Shown here: positions 61,960 through 64,000 of the stretch, in pieces
How positions within the stretch are numbered: position 1 is the first letter of the stretch
How the letters are laid out: every line of letters begins with the position of its first letter
Source of the DNA: Hypanus sabinus
Taxonomy: Eukaryota
DNA: 64,000 bases
Assembly: GCF_030144855.1 (NCBI RefSeq)
Contig: NC_082721.1
Span: 43,090,001-43,154,000, forward strand
Reading direction: 5' to 3'
Notes under the pieces: model-generated
The model's input: only the letters and a program-made list of their open reading frames with translations
Told to the model about the DNA's origin: nothing
Databases searched by the model: none
Program-made: the position numbers and the translations under genes

Positions 61960-64000
61960 TGGAGAGATAGAAACATAGAAACATCAAAAACCTACAGCGC
62001 AATGCAGGCCCTTCTTCCCAAAATGCTGTGTCGAAAATGTACTTACTTTAGAAATTACTTAGGGTTACCCACTACCCTCTATTTTTTATGCTCCATGTAC
62101 CTATCCTGGAGTCTCTTAAAAGACCCTATTGTATCTGCCAACACCACTGTCGCAGGCAACACATTCCATGCACTCACCACTCTCTGCGTAAAATACATAT
62201 CCCTGACATCCCCTCTGTACCTACTTACAAACACCTTAAAACTGCCCTCTTGTGTTAGCCATTTCATCCCTGAGAAAAAGCCTCTGACCCATCCTCTTAT
62301 ACACCTCTATCAGGTCACCATGCATTCTCCATTGTTCCAAGGAGAAAGGGCAAAGTTCGCTGAATCTATTTTCACAAGGCATGCACACCAATCCAGACAA
62401 CATCCCTGTACATCTCCTCTGCATCCTTTCTGTAGTTTCGACATCCTTCCTGTAGTGAGGTGACCAGAAATGAGCACAGCGCTCCAAGTGGGATCTGATC
62501 AGGGTCCAATATAGCTGTAACATTACCTCTCCGCACTTAAACTTAATCCCATGGTTGATGAAGATCAATGCACTGTATGCCTTCTTAACCACATAGTCAA
62601 CCTGCACAGCAGCTTTGAACATCTTATGGACTCAGACTCCAACATCCCTCTGATCCTCCACATTGCCAAGAGACTATATTCTGCCATCACATTTGACCTA
62701 CCAAAATGAACCACATCACACGTACATGTATTGAACTCCATCTGCCACTTCTCAGACCAATTTTGCATCCTATCGATATCCTGACAGCCGTCCAAACCAT
62801 CCACAATACACACAACCTTTGTGTCATCAGAAAATTTACTAACCCATCCCTCCACTTCCTCATCTAGGTCATTCATAAAAATCATGAAGAGTAAGGGTCC
62901 CAGAACAGATCCCTGAGGCACCCCATTGGTCAACAACCTCCATGCAGAATATGACCCACTCACAACATTCTTTGCGTTCTGTGGTCAAGACAGTTCTGGA
63001 TCCACAAAGCAAGGTCCCCTTGGATCCCATGCCTCCTTACTTTCTCAATTATCCTTGTATGTGGTACTTTGTGAAATGTCTTGATGAAATCCAGATACAC
63101 TACAACTACTTCTCTACCTTCATCAATGTGTTTAGTCACATCCTCAAAAAATTAATTTGGTCTTGTAAGGCACAAAGCCATGCTGACTATTCCTAATTAT
63201 ATTATGTCTCTCCACATCTTCATAAATCTTGCCTCTCAGGATCTTCTCCATCAACTTACCAACAACTGAAGTAAGACTCGCCGGTCTATAATTTCTTGGT
63301 TTATCTCTACTCCTTTTCTTGAATAAGGGAACAACATGCCCAACCCTCCAATCCTCTGGAACCTCTCCCCGCCCCATTGATGATGCAAAGACCATTGACA
63401 GAGACTCAGCAATCTCATCCCTCTCCTCCCACTGTAGCCTGGGGTACATCTAGTCTGGACTCAGTGACTTACCCAACACGATGCTTTCTAAAATTTCCAC
63501 AGATCCTCTTTCTTAATGTCTATATGCTCAAGCTTTTACAGTCCACTGTAAATCATCCCTACAATTGCCAAGGTCCTTTTTCGTAGTGAATACTGAAGGA
63601 AAGTATTCATTAAGTACCTCCGCTATTTCCGCCGGTTCCACATACATGTTTCCTCTGTCACACTTGATTGGCCCTGTTCTCTATCATCTTATCCTCTTGC
63701 TCTTCACATTGTTGTAGAATGCCTTGGGGCTTTCCTTAATCCTGCTTGCCAAGGCCTTCTCATAGCCCCTTCTAGCTCTCCTAATTTCATTCTTAAGCTC
63801 ATTCCTTGTAGCCTTCTAGCCTTATAATTTTCTAGACCTCTATCATTACCTATTTTTTTTACCCTTTTTTATGCTTTTCTTCTTGACTAGATTTTAAACA
63901 GCCTTTGTATACCATGATTCCTGTACCCTACCATCCTTTTGCTGTCTCATTGAAATGTACCTATGCAGAACACCACGCAAATATCTCCTGAATATTTGCC
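61960..64000 (-). mobile_element. CR1 LINE ORF2 and 3' end, continues past the window
   Basis: GVPQGSVLGPLLFMIFMNDLDEEVEGWVSKFSDDTK and NYRPASLTSVVGKLME motifs; CTATGTTT tail at about 61965. Confidence 0.88.

Noticed and set aside
1-64000. CRISPR arrays, rRNA, tRNA or bacterial operons
   Set aside because: No regularly spaced repeat-spacer array or structural RNA gene was recognised; the DNA is spliced and eukaryotic.

Overview
Repeat-dense vertebrate DNA, most likely from a cartilaginous fish and probably a ray (inferred from the V-J-C cluster layout, the Ig isotype and the CR1/Rex1-Babar/Penelope repeat mix). The only intact host gene is a minus-strand immunoglobulin light chain of sigma type. 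It has a leader exon (31498-31543), an exon in which V and J are already fused in frame with no recombination signals (31064-31411), and a constant exon (29610-29932), giving a 238-aa protein. An octamer-like/TATA promoter, a polyA signal and a CpG-rich domain accompany it. Most other ORFs are retroelement or DNA-transposon remnants: CR1, L1/Tx1, Rex1/Babar, RTE, Gypsy, Penelope with minimal hammerhead-ribozyme relics, and hAT. The right part of the window holds two older paralogous copies of the gene's downstream flank, one direct (about 50.6-61.9 kb) and one inverted (about 48.1-50.2 kb). This suggests duplicated IgL cluster units and predicts another cluster just beyond the window. There is a 164-N gap at 55793-55956. 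All family assignments are by motif recognition, identities are eyeballed rather than computed, and decayed-repeat boundaries are approximate.
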